Source of the DNA: Lingula anatina
Lineage: Eukaryota > Animalia > Brachiopoda
Assembly (NCBI GenBank): GCA_051362555.1
Contig: CM120644.1
Span: 1-43,534, forward strand
Reading direction: 5' to 3'
Length of the DNA: 43,534 nt
The notes under the pieces were generated by a model, which ran no database searches, had not been told where the DNA came from, and saw nothing but the letters and a program-made list of their open reading frames with translations. This document shows, one piece after another, positions 26,878-38,500 of this stretch (within the stretch, counting starts at the first letter, position 1; each line of letters starts with the position of its first letter). The position numbers and the translations under genes are program-made.

Positions 26878-27306
26878 TTAAGCTTACCACCTGATTGTGT
26901 TAGAAGATGGAGCTCTCCAGTTATAAGCAGTATGTGAAACATCAACGTTAGTATAAATACGGCATTCACATATAAACTTACTATAATCATTTTACCTCCA
27001 AAACGATGGTAAAACCTAGTGCTCACTATATTTCTAGTACACTGAAGAACCACTACTTCTTGAGTAAAACAAATGGCAAAAAGTTACAATAAAGTAACAA
27101 GATAGATTGGCATTCCTTACTTTAACTGTTAAAACATTGAAACGTACGGAATTAAAACCAGTGTATAACGTATTAGCTGTTTGCGATGTTGAGCCTCGGA
27201 TTTCTGCGAACGCCGTATTACCGAGTCACCCCGGATTATCCATGGTACGAACATCACGAACATTCAATGCGTCACGAGCGCCGCACTTCAAACCATGGAC
27301 CGACTA

Positions 27307-27984
27307 TCCGCTGAAGGCCCTGTCACACTATGGGGTTGAACTCTAACAAACCACGAACCGTACATCCGCTGAAGGCCCTGTCACACTATGGGGTTGAACT
27401 CTAACAAACCACGAACCGTACATCCGCTGAAGGCCCTGTCACAATATGGGGTTGAACTCTAACAAACCACGAACCGTACATCCGCTGAAGGCCCTGTCAC
27501 ACTGTGGGGTAGAACTCTAACAAACCACGAACCGTATATCCGCTGAAGGCCCTGTCACACTGTGGGGTAGAACTCTAACAAACCACGAACCGTATATCCG
27601 CTGAAGGCCCTGTCACACTGTGGGGTAGAACTCTAACAAACCACGAACCGTACATCCGCTGAAGGCCCTGTCACACTGTGGGGTAGAACTCTAACAAACC
27701 ACGAACCGTACATCCACTGAAGGCCCTGTCACACTGTGGGGTAGAACTCTAACAAACCACGAACCGTACATCTGCTGAAAGCCCTGTCACACTGTGGGGT
27801 TGGACTCTAACAAACCACGAACCGTACATCCGCTGAAGGCCCTGTCACACTATGGGGTAGAACTCTAACAAACCACGAACCGTACATCCGCTGAAATCCC
27901 TGTCACACTGTGGGGTAGAACTCTAACAAACCACGAACCGTACATCCGCTGAAATCCCTGTCACACTATGGGGCAGAACTCTAA
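27307..27984. repeat. 58-bp intronic minisatellite, ~11.7 copies
   Basis: Unit TCCGCTGAAGGCCCTGTCACACT(A/G)TGGGGT(T/A)GAACTCTAACAAACCACGAACCGTACA starts at 27307, 27365, 27423, 27481 and so on. Confidence 0.97.
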
Positions 27985-28030
27985 TCTATGGGGAAAATAA
28001 AACATACGAAGACCTTTGTCATACTTTTAA

Positions 28031-28368
28031 GTCCTGTCACATCTAGCGTCAAAGAGAAACGCAGATATACGGTACTCATACGGTGTATATACGCTTCACT
28101 TACGCTGACACACCTTGATGACTCATACGGTATTCAAACACACGTTATACGGTGTATATACGCTGCACTTACGCTGACACATCTTTATTACTAATACGGT
28201 ATTCAAACACACGTTATATACGGTGTAAATGCGCTAGCAATGCGCTATTTCTGCTGCTAATTAATTCTTTCTCATAGACTGGAAATAAATGTGATTTCAA
28301 ACACCCAAAGTGTTGTGTATAATCGATTTCACATACGATACTTGCACGTGCCTCTTTTGTGACAGTGC
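28031..28368. mobile_element. Probable small MITE (Harbinger-like TIR family) with an internal ~69-bp tandem duplication
   Basis: TTAA-GTCCTGTCACA at the left and TGTGACAGTGC-TTAA at the right form an imperfect inverted pair. ATACGGTGTATATACGCT...TTCAAACACACGTT occurs twice at ~28078-28215. Confidence 0.45.
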
Positions 28369-28723
28369 TTAAGCTACCCGTTCGATAGGTTTCATTTGTG
28401 CTTAGAACTAGCGAGAGAGAAATGCCCCATTGAGAACAGTACGGGATTGAGAAAAAGTATGTGAAGCTAAAGATCCGGATGATAGCTGGCCAAATTTTTT
28501 TTGCTCGTTGACGACCTATTTTAAGTTTCTGCACAATGAAATCGTGGATGGCGTCGTAAATTTGAGTTTGCGCTCACAAATCCGAGGCACGCAAACGGCA
28601 GTTATCGTTTTTAATGCCTCAAAACGTTGAAGTTAATATTCATAGGTTGTCCATATGACTGATTTTACTTAATATTAACCCAAGGAATATATAAGTAGCA
28701 AATAGGGTCACGGCACAACTTAC

Positions 28724-28922
28724 CCAGGTGGTATAAGATTTTCAACAAAATCATTTTCTACTGCTGTATTAATTATTGCCAGAGTAGCTCCAGTGGCTTG
28801 TCCAGCACAGAAGCTACTGGCGGCAGTAAAGTCGAGGCCTGTATTGACGCCAAAGAATTGATAACACTTCGTTAAATCGTCAGTGGCGTGCCAAAACTCT
28901 GTACCAACAGGACCAAGACAAG
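28724..28922 (-). CDS. Exon: N-terminal half of a long-form C-type lectin domain
   Basis: Encodes CLGPVGTEFWHATDDLTKCYQFF...LDFTAASSFC...GATLAIINTAVENDFV, matching CTLD C..W....KCY.F, A..FC and G..LA.I.S..EN.F. Acceptor catttcattccag|CT (phase 1) and donor GG|gtaagt (phase 2). The 199-bp length preserves the frame. Confidence 0.92.
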
Positions 28923-29550
28923 CTGGAATGAAATGATCTTTGTAGAAGGGTAAAAGTATTTCATTGCTTGTAAACAAACTTGATTGTTTCTCATCATATT
29001 ACCTAATGAAAAAGATCAATGTTTAATTTATCAACAAACAATATCTATGTATATCTATAGGGTGACTAAAATGTGGCACTATTTTGCTTGAAGATGAACA
29101 TTAGGTACGTTAGCTTTTTTTTTCAATCACTATATAATTAAAAAGCGATTATATCACGCGAGTGCCTTAACTACAAATTAACAGACAAGTGCTTTGCCCC
29201 AGCGAAAGGCATTATATTTTGTTCGTATTTTAAAGCCTTAAAAGCATTTGTAGGATAGCCACTAACTACGGCAACCACCCTTAAGGTGCAAAAGATAATT
29301 TGTTCGTATCCAAAGAGAAGTCAAGCGTATCGTCAGCAAAATTTCGGTCATTTAGAACACGCACTATAAAAATGCATCCTCTGAGCTAGAGACATCAATG
29401 TTTTTTATTGTTATTTATATATGCTTTAAGGGAATAAAATCTTGGTTCACTTCCTTGTATCAAATATAAATATTATCTTAAAATTGGCTCCGATTTATAT
29501 AGAGACATGCTGAGTTCAAAAATGTTTATATCAAAATAAATAACACCTAC

Positions 29551-32500
29551 TTCTTATATCCGAGCAAATTGTGCCGTCGCCGGTGAAGCCAGCCAGGCAG
29601 GTGCAGGTGAAACTGCCCACGGTGTTGGCGCAGGTGGCATTCTCAGCGCAGTCATCGGCGGCCAGGGCACACTCATCTACGTCGGCACACGCTGTGCCGT
29701 CGCCGGTGAAGCCAGCCAGGCAGGTGCAGGTGAAACTGCCCACGGTGTTGGCGCAGGTGGCATTCTCAGCGCAGTCATCGGCGGCCAGGGCACACTCATC
29801 TACGTCGGCACACGCTGTGCCGTCGCCGGTGAAGCCAGCCAGGCAGGTGCAGGTGAAACTGCCCACGGTGTTGGCGCAGGTGGCATTCTCAGCGCAGTCA
29901 TCGGCGGCCAGGGCACACTCATCTACGTCGGCACACGCTGTGCCGTCGCCGGTGAAGCCAGCCAGGCAGGTGCAGGTGAAACTGCCCACGGTGTTGGCGC
30001 AGGTGGCATTCTCAGCGCAGTCATCGGCGGCCAGGGCACACTCATCTACGTCGGCACACGCTGTGCCGTCGCCGGTGAAGCCAGCCAGGCAGGTGCAGGT
30101 GAAACTGCCCACGGTGTTGGCGCAGGTGGCATTCTCAGCGCAGTCATCGGCGGCCAGGGCACACTCATCTACGTCGGCACACGCTGTGCCGTCGCCGGTG
30201 AAGCCAGCCAGGCAGGTGCAGGTGAAACTGCCCACGGTGTTGGCGCAGGTGGCATTCTCAGCGCAGTCATCGGCGGCCAGGGCACACTCATCTACGTCGG
30301 CACACGCTGTGCCGTCGCCGGTGAAGCCAGCCAGGCAGGTGCAGGTGAAACTGCCCACGGTGTTGGCGCAGGTGGCATTCTCAGCGCAGTCATCGGCGGC
30401 CAGGGCACACTCATCTACGTCGGCACACGCTGTGCCGTCGCCGGTGAAGCCAGCCAGGCAGGTGCAGGTGAAACTGCCCACGGTGTTGGCGCAGGTGGCA
30501 TTCTCAGCGCAGTCATCGGCGGCCAGGGCACACTCATCTACGTCGGCACACGCTGTGCCGTCGCCGGTGAAGCCAGCCAGGCAGGTGCAGGTGAAACTGC
30601 CCACGGTGTTGGCGCAGGTGGCATTCTCAGCGCAGTCATCGGCGGCCAGGGCACACTCATCTACGTCGGCACACGCTGTGCCGTCGCCGGTGAAGCCAGC
30701 CAGGCAGGTGCAGGTGAAACTGCCCACGGTGTTGGCGCAGGTGGCATTCTCAGCGCAGTCATCGGCGGCCAGGGCACACTCATCTACGTCGGCACACGCT
30801 GTGCCGTCGCCGGTGAAGCCAGCCAGGCAGGTGCAGGTGAAACTGCCCACGGTGTTGGCGCAGGTGGCATTCTCAGCGCAGTCATCGGCGGCCAGGGCAC
30901 ACTCATCTACGTCGGCACACGCTGTGCCGTCGCCGGTGAAGCCAGCCAGGCAGGTGCAGGTGAAACTGCCCACGGTGTTGGCGCAGGTGGCATTCTCAGC
31001 GCAGTCATCGGCGGCCAGGGCACACTCATCTACGTCGGCACACGCTGTGCCGTCGCCGGTGAAGCCAGCCAGGCAGGTGCAGGTGAAACTGCCCACGGTG
31101 TTGGCGCAGGTGGCATTCTCAGCGCAGTCATCGGCGGCCAGGGCACACTCATCTACGTCGGCACACGCTGTGCCGTCGCCGGTGAAGCCAGCCAGGCAGG
31201 TGCAGGTGAAACTGCCCACGGTGTTGGCGCAGGTGGCATTCTCAGCGCAGTCATCGGCGGCCAGGGCACACTCATCTACGTCGGCACACGCTGTGCCGTC
31301 GCCGGTGAAGCCAGCCAGGCAGGTGCAGGTGAAACTGCCCACGGTGTTGGCGCAGGTGGCATTCTCAGCGCAGTCATCGGCGGCCAGGGCACACTCATCT
31401 ACGTCGGCACACGCTGTGCCGTCGCCGGTGAAGCCAGCCAGGCAGGTGCAGGTGAAACTGCCCACGGTGTTGGCGCAGGTGGCATTCTCAGCGCAGTCAT
31501 CGGCGGCCAGGGCACACTCATCTACGTCGGCACACGCTGTGCCGTCGCCGGTGAAGCCAGCCAGGCAGGTGCAGGTGAAACTGCCCACGGTGTTGGCGCA
31601 GGTGGCATTCTCAGCGCAGTCATCGGCGGCCAGGGCACACTCATCTACGTCGGCACACGCTGTGCCGTCGCCGGTGAAGCCAGCCAGGCAGGTGCAGGTG
31701 AAACTGCCCACGGTGTTGGCGCAGGTGGCATTCTCAGCGCAGTCATCGGCGGCCAGGGCACACTCATCTACGTCGGCACACGCTGTGCCGTCGCCGGTGA
31801 AGCCAGCCAGGCAGGTGCAGGTGAAACTGCCCACGGTGTTGGCGCAGGTGGCATTCTCAGCGCAGTCATCGGCGGCCAGGGCACACTCATCTACGTCGGC
31901 ACACGCTGTGCCGTCGCCGGTGAAGCCAGCCAGGCAGGTGCAGGTGAAACTGCCCACGGTGTTGGCGCAGGTGGCATTCTCAGCGCAGTCATCGGCGGCC
32001 AGGGCACACTCATCTACGTCGGCACACGCTGTGCCGTCGCCGGTGAAGCCAGCCAGGCAGGTGCAGGTGAAACTGCCCACGGTGTTGGCGCAGGTGGCAT
32101 TCTCAGCGCAGTCATCGGCGGCCAGGGCACACTCATCTACGTCGGCACACGCTGTGCCGTCGCCGGTGAAGCCAGCCAGGCAGGTGCAGGTGAAACTGCC
32201 CACGGTGTTGGCGCAGGTGGCATTCTCAGCGCAGTCATCGGCGGCCAGGGCACACTCATCTACGTCGGCACACGCTGTGCCGTCGCCGGTGAAGCCAGCC
32301 AGGCAGGTGCAGGTGAAACTGCCCACGGTGTTGGCGCAGGTGGCATTCTCAGCGCAGTCATCGGCGGCCAGGGCACACTCATCTACGTCGGCACACGCTG
32401 TGCCGTCGCCGGTGAAGCCAGCCAGGCAGGTGCAGGTGAAACTGCCCACGGTGTTGGCGCAGGTGGCATTCTCAGCGCAGTCATCGGCGGCCAGGGCACA

Positions 32501-35500
32501 CTCATCTACGTCGGCACACGCTGTGCCGTCGCCGGTGAAGCCAGCCAGGCAGGTGCAGGTGAAACTGCCCACGGTGTTGGCGCAGGTGGCATTCTCAGCG
32601 CAGTCATCGGCGGCCAGGGCACACTCATCTACGTCGGCACACGCTGTGCCGTCGCCGGTGAAGCCAGCCAGGCAGGTGCAGGTGAAACTGCCCACGGTGT
32701 TGGCGCAGGTGGCATTCTCAGCGCAGTCATCGGCGGCCAGGGCACACTCATCTACGTCGGCACACGCTGTGCCGTCGCCGGTGAAGCCAGCCAGGCAGGT
32801 GCAGGTGAAACTGCCCACGGTGTTGGCGCAGGTGGCATTCTCAGCGCAGTCATCGGCGGCCAGGGCACACTCATCTACGTCGGCACACGCTGTGCCGTCG
32901 CCGGTGAAGCCAGCCAGGCAGGTGCAGGTGAAACTGCCCACGGTGTTGGCGCAGGTGGCATTCTCAGCGCAGTCATCGGCGGCCAGGGCACACTCATCTA
33001 CGTCGGCACACGCTGTGCCGTCGCCGGTGAAGCCAGCCAGGCAGGTGCAGGTGAAACTGCCCACGGTGTTGGCGCAGGTGGCATTCTCAGCGCAGTCATC
33101 GGCGGCCAGGGCACACTCATCTACGTCGGCACACGCTGTGCCGTCGCCGGTGAAGCCAGCCAGGCAGGTGCAGGTGAAACTGCCCACGGTGTTGGCGCAG
33201 GTGGCATTCTCAGCGCAGTCATCGGCGGCCAGGGCACACTCATCTACGTCGGCACACGCTGTGCCGTCGCCGGTGAAGCCAGCCAGGCAGGTGCAGGTGA
33301 AACTGCCCACGGTGTTGGCGCAGGTGGCATTCTCAGCGCAGTCATCGGCGGCCAGGGCACACTCATCTACGTCGGCACACGCTGTGCCGTCGCCGGTGAA
33401 GCCAGCCAGGCAGGTGCAGGTGAAACTGCCCACGGTGTTGGCGCAGGTGGCATTCTCAGCGCAGTCATCGGCGGCCAGGGCACACTCATCTACGTCGGCA
33501 CACGCTGTGCCGTCGCCGGTGAAGCCAGCCAGGCAGGTGCAGGTGAAACTGCCCACGGTGTTGGCGCAGGTGGCATTCTCAGCGCAGTCATCGGCGGCCA
33601 GGGCACACTCATCTACGTCGGCACACGCTGTGCCGTCGCCGGTGAAGCCAGCCAGGCAGGTGCAGGTGAAACTGCCCACGGTGTTGGCGCAGGTGGCATT
33701 CTCAGCGCAGTCATCGGCGGCCAGGGCACACTCATCTACGTCGGCACACGCTGTGCCGTCGCCGGTGAAGCCAGCCAGGCAGGTGCAGGTGAAACTGCCC
33801 ACGGTGTTGGCGCAGGTGGCATTCTCAGCGCAGTCATCGGCGGCCAGGGCACACTCATCTACGTCGGCACACGCTGTGCCGTCGCCGGTGAAGCCAGCCA
33901 GGCAGGTGCAGGTGAAACTGCCCACGGTGTTGGCGCAGGTGGCATTCTCAGCGCAGTCATCGGCGGCCAGGGCACACTCATCTACGTCGGCACACGCTGT
34001 GCCGTCGCCGGTGAAGCCAGCCAGGCAGGTGCAGGTGAAACTGCCCACGGTGTTGGCGCAGGTGGCATTCTCAGCGCAGTCATCGGCGGCCAGGGCACAC
34101 TCATCTACGTCGGCACACGCTGTGCCGTCGCCGGTGAAGCCAGCCAGGCAGGTGCAGGTGAAACTGCCCACGGTGTTGGCGCAGGTGGCATTCTCAGCGC
34201 AGTCATCGGCGGCCAGGGCACACTCATCTACGTCGGCACACGCTGTGCCGTCGCCGGTGAAGCCAGCCAGGCAGGTGCAGGTGAAACTGCCCACGGTGTT
34301 GGCGCAGGTGGCATTCTCAGCGCAGTCATCGGCGGCCAGGGCACACTCATCTACGTCGGCACACGCTGTGCCGTCGCCGGTGAAGCCAGCCAGGCAGGTG
34401 CAGGTGAAACTGCCCACGGTGTTGGCGCAGGTGGCATTCTCAGCGCAGTCATCGGCGGCCAGGGCACACTCATCTACGTCGGCACACGCTGTGCCGTCGC
34501 CGGTGAAGCCAGCCAGGCAGGTGCAGGTGAAACTGCCCACGGTGTTGGCGCAGGTGGCATTCTCAGCGCAGTCATCGGCGGCCAGGGCACACTCATCTAC
34601 GTCGGCACACGCTGTGCCGTCGCCGGTGAAGCCAGCCAGGCAGGTGCAGGTGAAACTGCCCACGGTGTTGGCGCAGGTGGCATTCTCAGCGCAGTCATCG
34701 GCGGCCAGGGCACACTCATCTACGTCGGCACACGCTGTGCCGTCGCCGGTGAAGCCAGCCAGGCAGGTGCAGGTGAAACTGCCCACGGTGTTGGCGCAGG
34801 TGGCATTCTCAGCGCAGTCATCGGCGGCCAGGGCACACTCATCTACGTCGGCACACGCTGTGCCGTCGCCGGTGAAGCCAGCCAGGCAGGTGCAGGTGAA
34901 ACTGCCCACGGTGTTGGCGCAGGTGGCATTCTCAGCGCAGTCATCGGCGGCCAGGGCACACTCATCTACGTCGGCACACGCTGTGCCGTCGCCGGTGAAG
35001 CCAGCCAGGCAGGTGCAGGTGAAACTGCCCACGGTGTTGGCGCAGGTGGCATTCTCAGCGCAGTCATCGGCGGCCAGGGCACACTCATCTACGTCGGCAC
35101 ACGCTGTGCCGTCGCCGGTGAAGCCAGCCAGGCAGGTGCAGGTGAAACTGCCCACGGTGTTGGCGCAGGTGGCATTCTCAGCGCAGTCATCGGCGGCCAG
35201 GGCACACTCATCTACGTCGGCACACGCTGTGCCGTCGCCGGTGAAGCCAGCCAGGCAGGTGCAGGTGAAACTGCCCACGGTGTTGGCGCAGGTGGCATTC
35301 TCAGCGCAGTCATCGGCGGCCAGGGCACACTCATCTACGTCGGCACACGCTGTGCCGTCGCCGGTGAAGCCAGCCAGGCAGGTGCAGGTGAAACTGCCCA
35401 CGGTGTTGGCGCAGGTGGCATTCTCAGCGCAGTCATCGGCGGCCAGGGCACACTCATCTACGTCGGCACACGCTGTGCCGTCGCCGGTGAAGCCAGCCAG

Positions 35501-38500
35501 GCAGGTGCAGGTGAAACTGCCCACGGTGTTGGCGCAGGTGGCATTCTCAGCGCAGTCATCGGCGGCCAGGGCACACTCATCTACGTCGGCACACGCTGTG
35601 CCGTCGCCGGTGAAGCCAGCCAGGCAGGTGCAGGTGAAACTGCCCACGGTGTTGGCGCAGGTGGCATTCTCAGCGCAGTCATCGGCGGCCAGGGCACACT
35701 CATCTACGTCGGCACACGCTGTGCCGTCGCCGGTGAAGCCAGCCAGGCAGGTGCAGGTGAAACTGCCCACGGTGTTGGCGCAGGTGGCATTCTCAGCGCA
35801 GTCATCGGCGGCCAGGGCACACTCATCTACGTCGGCACACGCTGTGCCGTCGCCGGTGAAGCCAGCCAGGCAGGTGCAGGTGAAACTGCCCACGGTGTTG
35901 GCGCAGGTGGCATTCTCAGCGCAGTCATCGGCGGCCAGGGCACACTCATCTACGTCGGCACACGCTGTGCCGTCGCCGGTGAAGCCAGCCAGGCAGGTGC
36001 AGGTGAAACTGCCCACGGTGTTGGCGCAGGTGGCATTCTCAGCGCAGTCATCGGCGGCCAGGGCACACTCATCTACGTCGGCACACGCTGTGCCGTCGCC
36101 GGTGAAGCCAGCCAGGCAGGTGCAGGTGAAACTGCCCACGGTGTTGGCGCAGGTGGCATTCTCAGCGCAGTCATCGGCGGCCAGGGCACACTCATCTACG
36201 TCGGCACACGCTGTGCCGTCGCCGGTGAAGCCAGCCAGGCAGGTGCAGGTGAAACTGCCCACGGTGTTGGCGCAGGTGGCATTCTCAGCGCAGTCATCGG
36301 CGGCCAGGGCACACTCATCTACGTCGGCACACGCTGTGCCGTCGCCGGTGAAGCCAGCCAGGCAGGTGCAGGTGAAACTGCCCACGGTGTTGGCGCAGGT
36401 GGCATTCTCAGCGCAGTCATCGGCGGCCAGGGCACACTCATCTACGTCGGCACACGCTGTGCCGTCGCCGGTGAAGCCAGCCAGGCAGGTGCAGGTGAAA
36501 CTGCCCACGGTGTTGGCGCAGGTGGCATTCTCAGCGCAGTCATCGGCGGCCAGGGCACACTCATCTACGTCGGCACACGCTGTGCCGTCGCCGGTGAAGC
36601 CAGCCAGGCAGGTGCAGGTGAAACTGCCCACGGTGTTGGCGCAGGTGGCATTCTCAGCGCAGTCATCGGCGGCCAGGGCACACTCATCTACGTCGGCACA
36701 CGCTGTGCCGTCGCCGGTGAAGCCAGCCAGGCAGGTGCAGGTGAAACTGCCCACGGTGTTGGCGCAGGTGGCATTCTCAGCGCAGTCATCGGCGGCCAGG
36801 GCACACTCATCTACGTCGGCACACGCTGTGCCGTCGCCGGTGAAGCCAGCCAGGCAGGTGCAGGTGAAACTGCCCACGGTGTTGGCGCAGGTGGCATTCT
36901 CAGCGCAGTCATCGGCGGCCAGGGCACACTCATCTACGTCGGCACACGCTGTGCCGTCGCCGGTGAAGCCAGCCAGGCAGGTGCAGGTGAAACTGCCCAC
37001 GGTGTTGGCGCAGGTGGCATTCTCAGCGCAGTCATCGGCGGCCAGGGCACACTCATCTACGTCGGCACACGCTGTGCCGTCGCCGGTGAAGCCAGCCAGG
37101 CAGGTGCAGGTGAAACTGCCCACGGTGTTGGCGCAGGTGGCATTCTCAGCGCAGTCATCGGCGGCCAGGGCACACTCATCTACGTCGGCACACGCTGTGC
37201 CGTCGCCGGTGAAGCCAGCCAGGCAGGTGCAGGTGAAACTGCCCACGGTGTTGGCGCAGGTGGCATTCTCAGCGCAGTCATCGGCGGCCAGGGCACACTC
37301 ATCTACGTCGGCACACGCTGTGCCGTCGCCGGTGAAGCCAGCCAGGCAGGTGCAGGTGAAACTGCCCACGGTGTTGGCGCAGGTGGCATTCTCAGCGCAG
37401 TCATCGGCGGCCAGGGCACACTCATCTACGTCGGCACACGCTGTGCCGTCGCCGGTGAAGCCAGCCAGGCAGGTGCAGGTGAAACTGCCCACGGTGTTGG
37501 CGCAGGTGGCATTCTCAGCGCAGTCATCGGCGGCCAGGGCACACTCATCTACGTCGGCACACGCTGTGCCGTCGCCGGTGAAGCCAGCCAGGCAGGTGCA
37601 GGTGAAACTGCCCACGGTGTTGGCGCAGGTGGCATTCTCAGCGCAGTCATCGGCGGCCAGGGCACACTCATCTACGTCGGCACACGCTGTGCCGTCGCCG
37701 GTGAAGCCAGCCAGGCAGGTGCAGGTGAAACTGCCCACGGTGTTGGCGCAGGTGGCATTCTCAGCGCAGTCATCGGCGGCCAGGGCACACTCATCTACGT
37801 CGGCACACGCTGTGCCGTCGCCGGTGAAGCCAGCCAGGCAGGTGCAGGTGAAACTGCCCACGGTGTTGGCGCAGGTGGCATTCTCAGCGCAGTCATCGGC
37901 GGCCAGGGCACACTCATCTACGTCGGCACACGCTGTGCCGTCGCCGGTGAAGCCAGCCAGGCAGGTGCAGGTGAAACTGCCCACGGTGTTGGCGCAGGTG
38001 GCATTCTCAGCGCAGTCATCGGCGGCCAGGGCACACTCATCTACGTCGGCACACGCTGTGCCGTCGCCGGTGAAGCCAGCCAGGCAGGTGCAGGTGAAAC
38101 TGCCCACGGTGTTGGCGCAGGTGGCATTCTCAGCGCAGTCATCGGCGGCCAGGGCACACTCATCTACGTCGGCACACGCTGTGCCGTCGCCGGTGAAGCC
38201 AGCCAGGCAGGTGCAGGTGAAACTGCCCACGGTGTTGGCGCAGGTGGCATTCTCAGCGCAGTCATCGGCGGCCAGGGCACACTCATCTACGTCGGCACAC
38301 GCTGTGCCGTCGCCGGTGAAGCCAGCCAGGCAGGTGCAGGTGAAACTGCCCACGGTGTTGGCGCAGGTGGCATTCTCAGCGCAGTCATCGGCGGCCAGGG
38401 CACACTCATCTACGTCGGCACACGCTGTGCCGTCGCCGGTGAAGCCAGCCAGGCAGGTGCAGGTGAAACTGCCCACGGTGTTGGCGCAGGTGGCATTCTC

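Noticed and set aside
27311-27345. Hammerhead-ribozyme-like CTGAAG-GCCC...GGGTT-GAAC in the 58-bp unit
   Set aside because: The core deviates from CUGANGA...GAAA at conserved positions and I could not build stems I and III. The TIR match explains the motif better. An Infernal search would settle it.
22041-27984. CRISPR-like appearance of the 39-bp and 58-bp arrays
   Set aside because: Units are head-to-tail with no unique spacers, the context is eukaryotic, and there are no cas genes.
29531-29550. ORF-track C-terminus SRCYLF* of the EGF ORF
   Set aside because: This is read-through into the intron. The gtaggt donor at 29550 is phase-matched to the CTLD exon.
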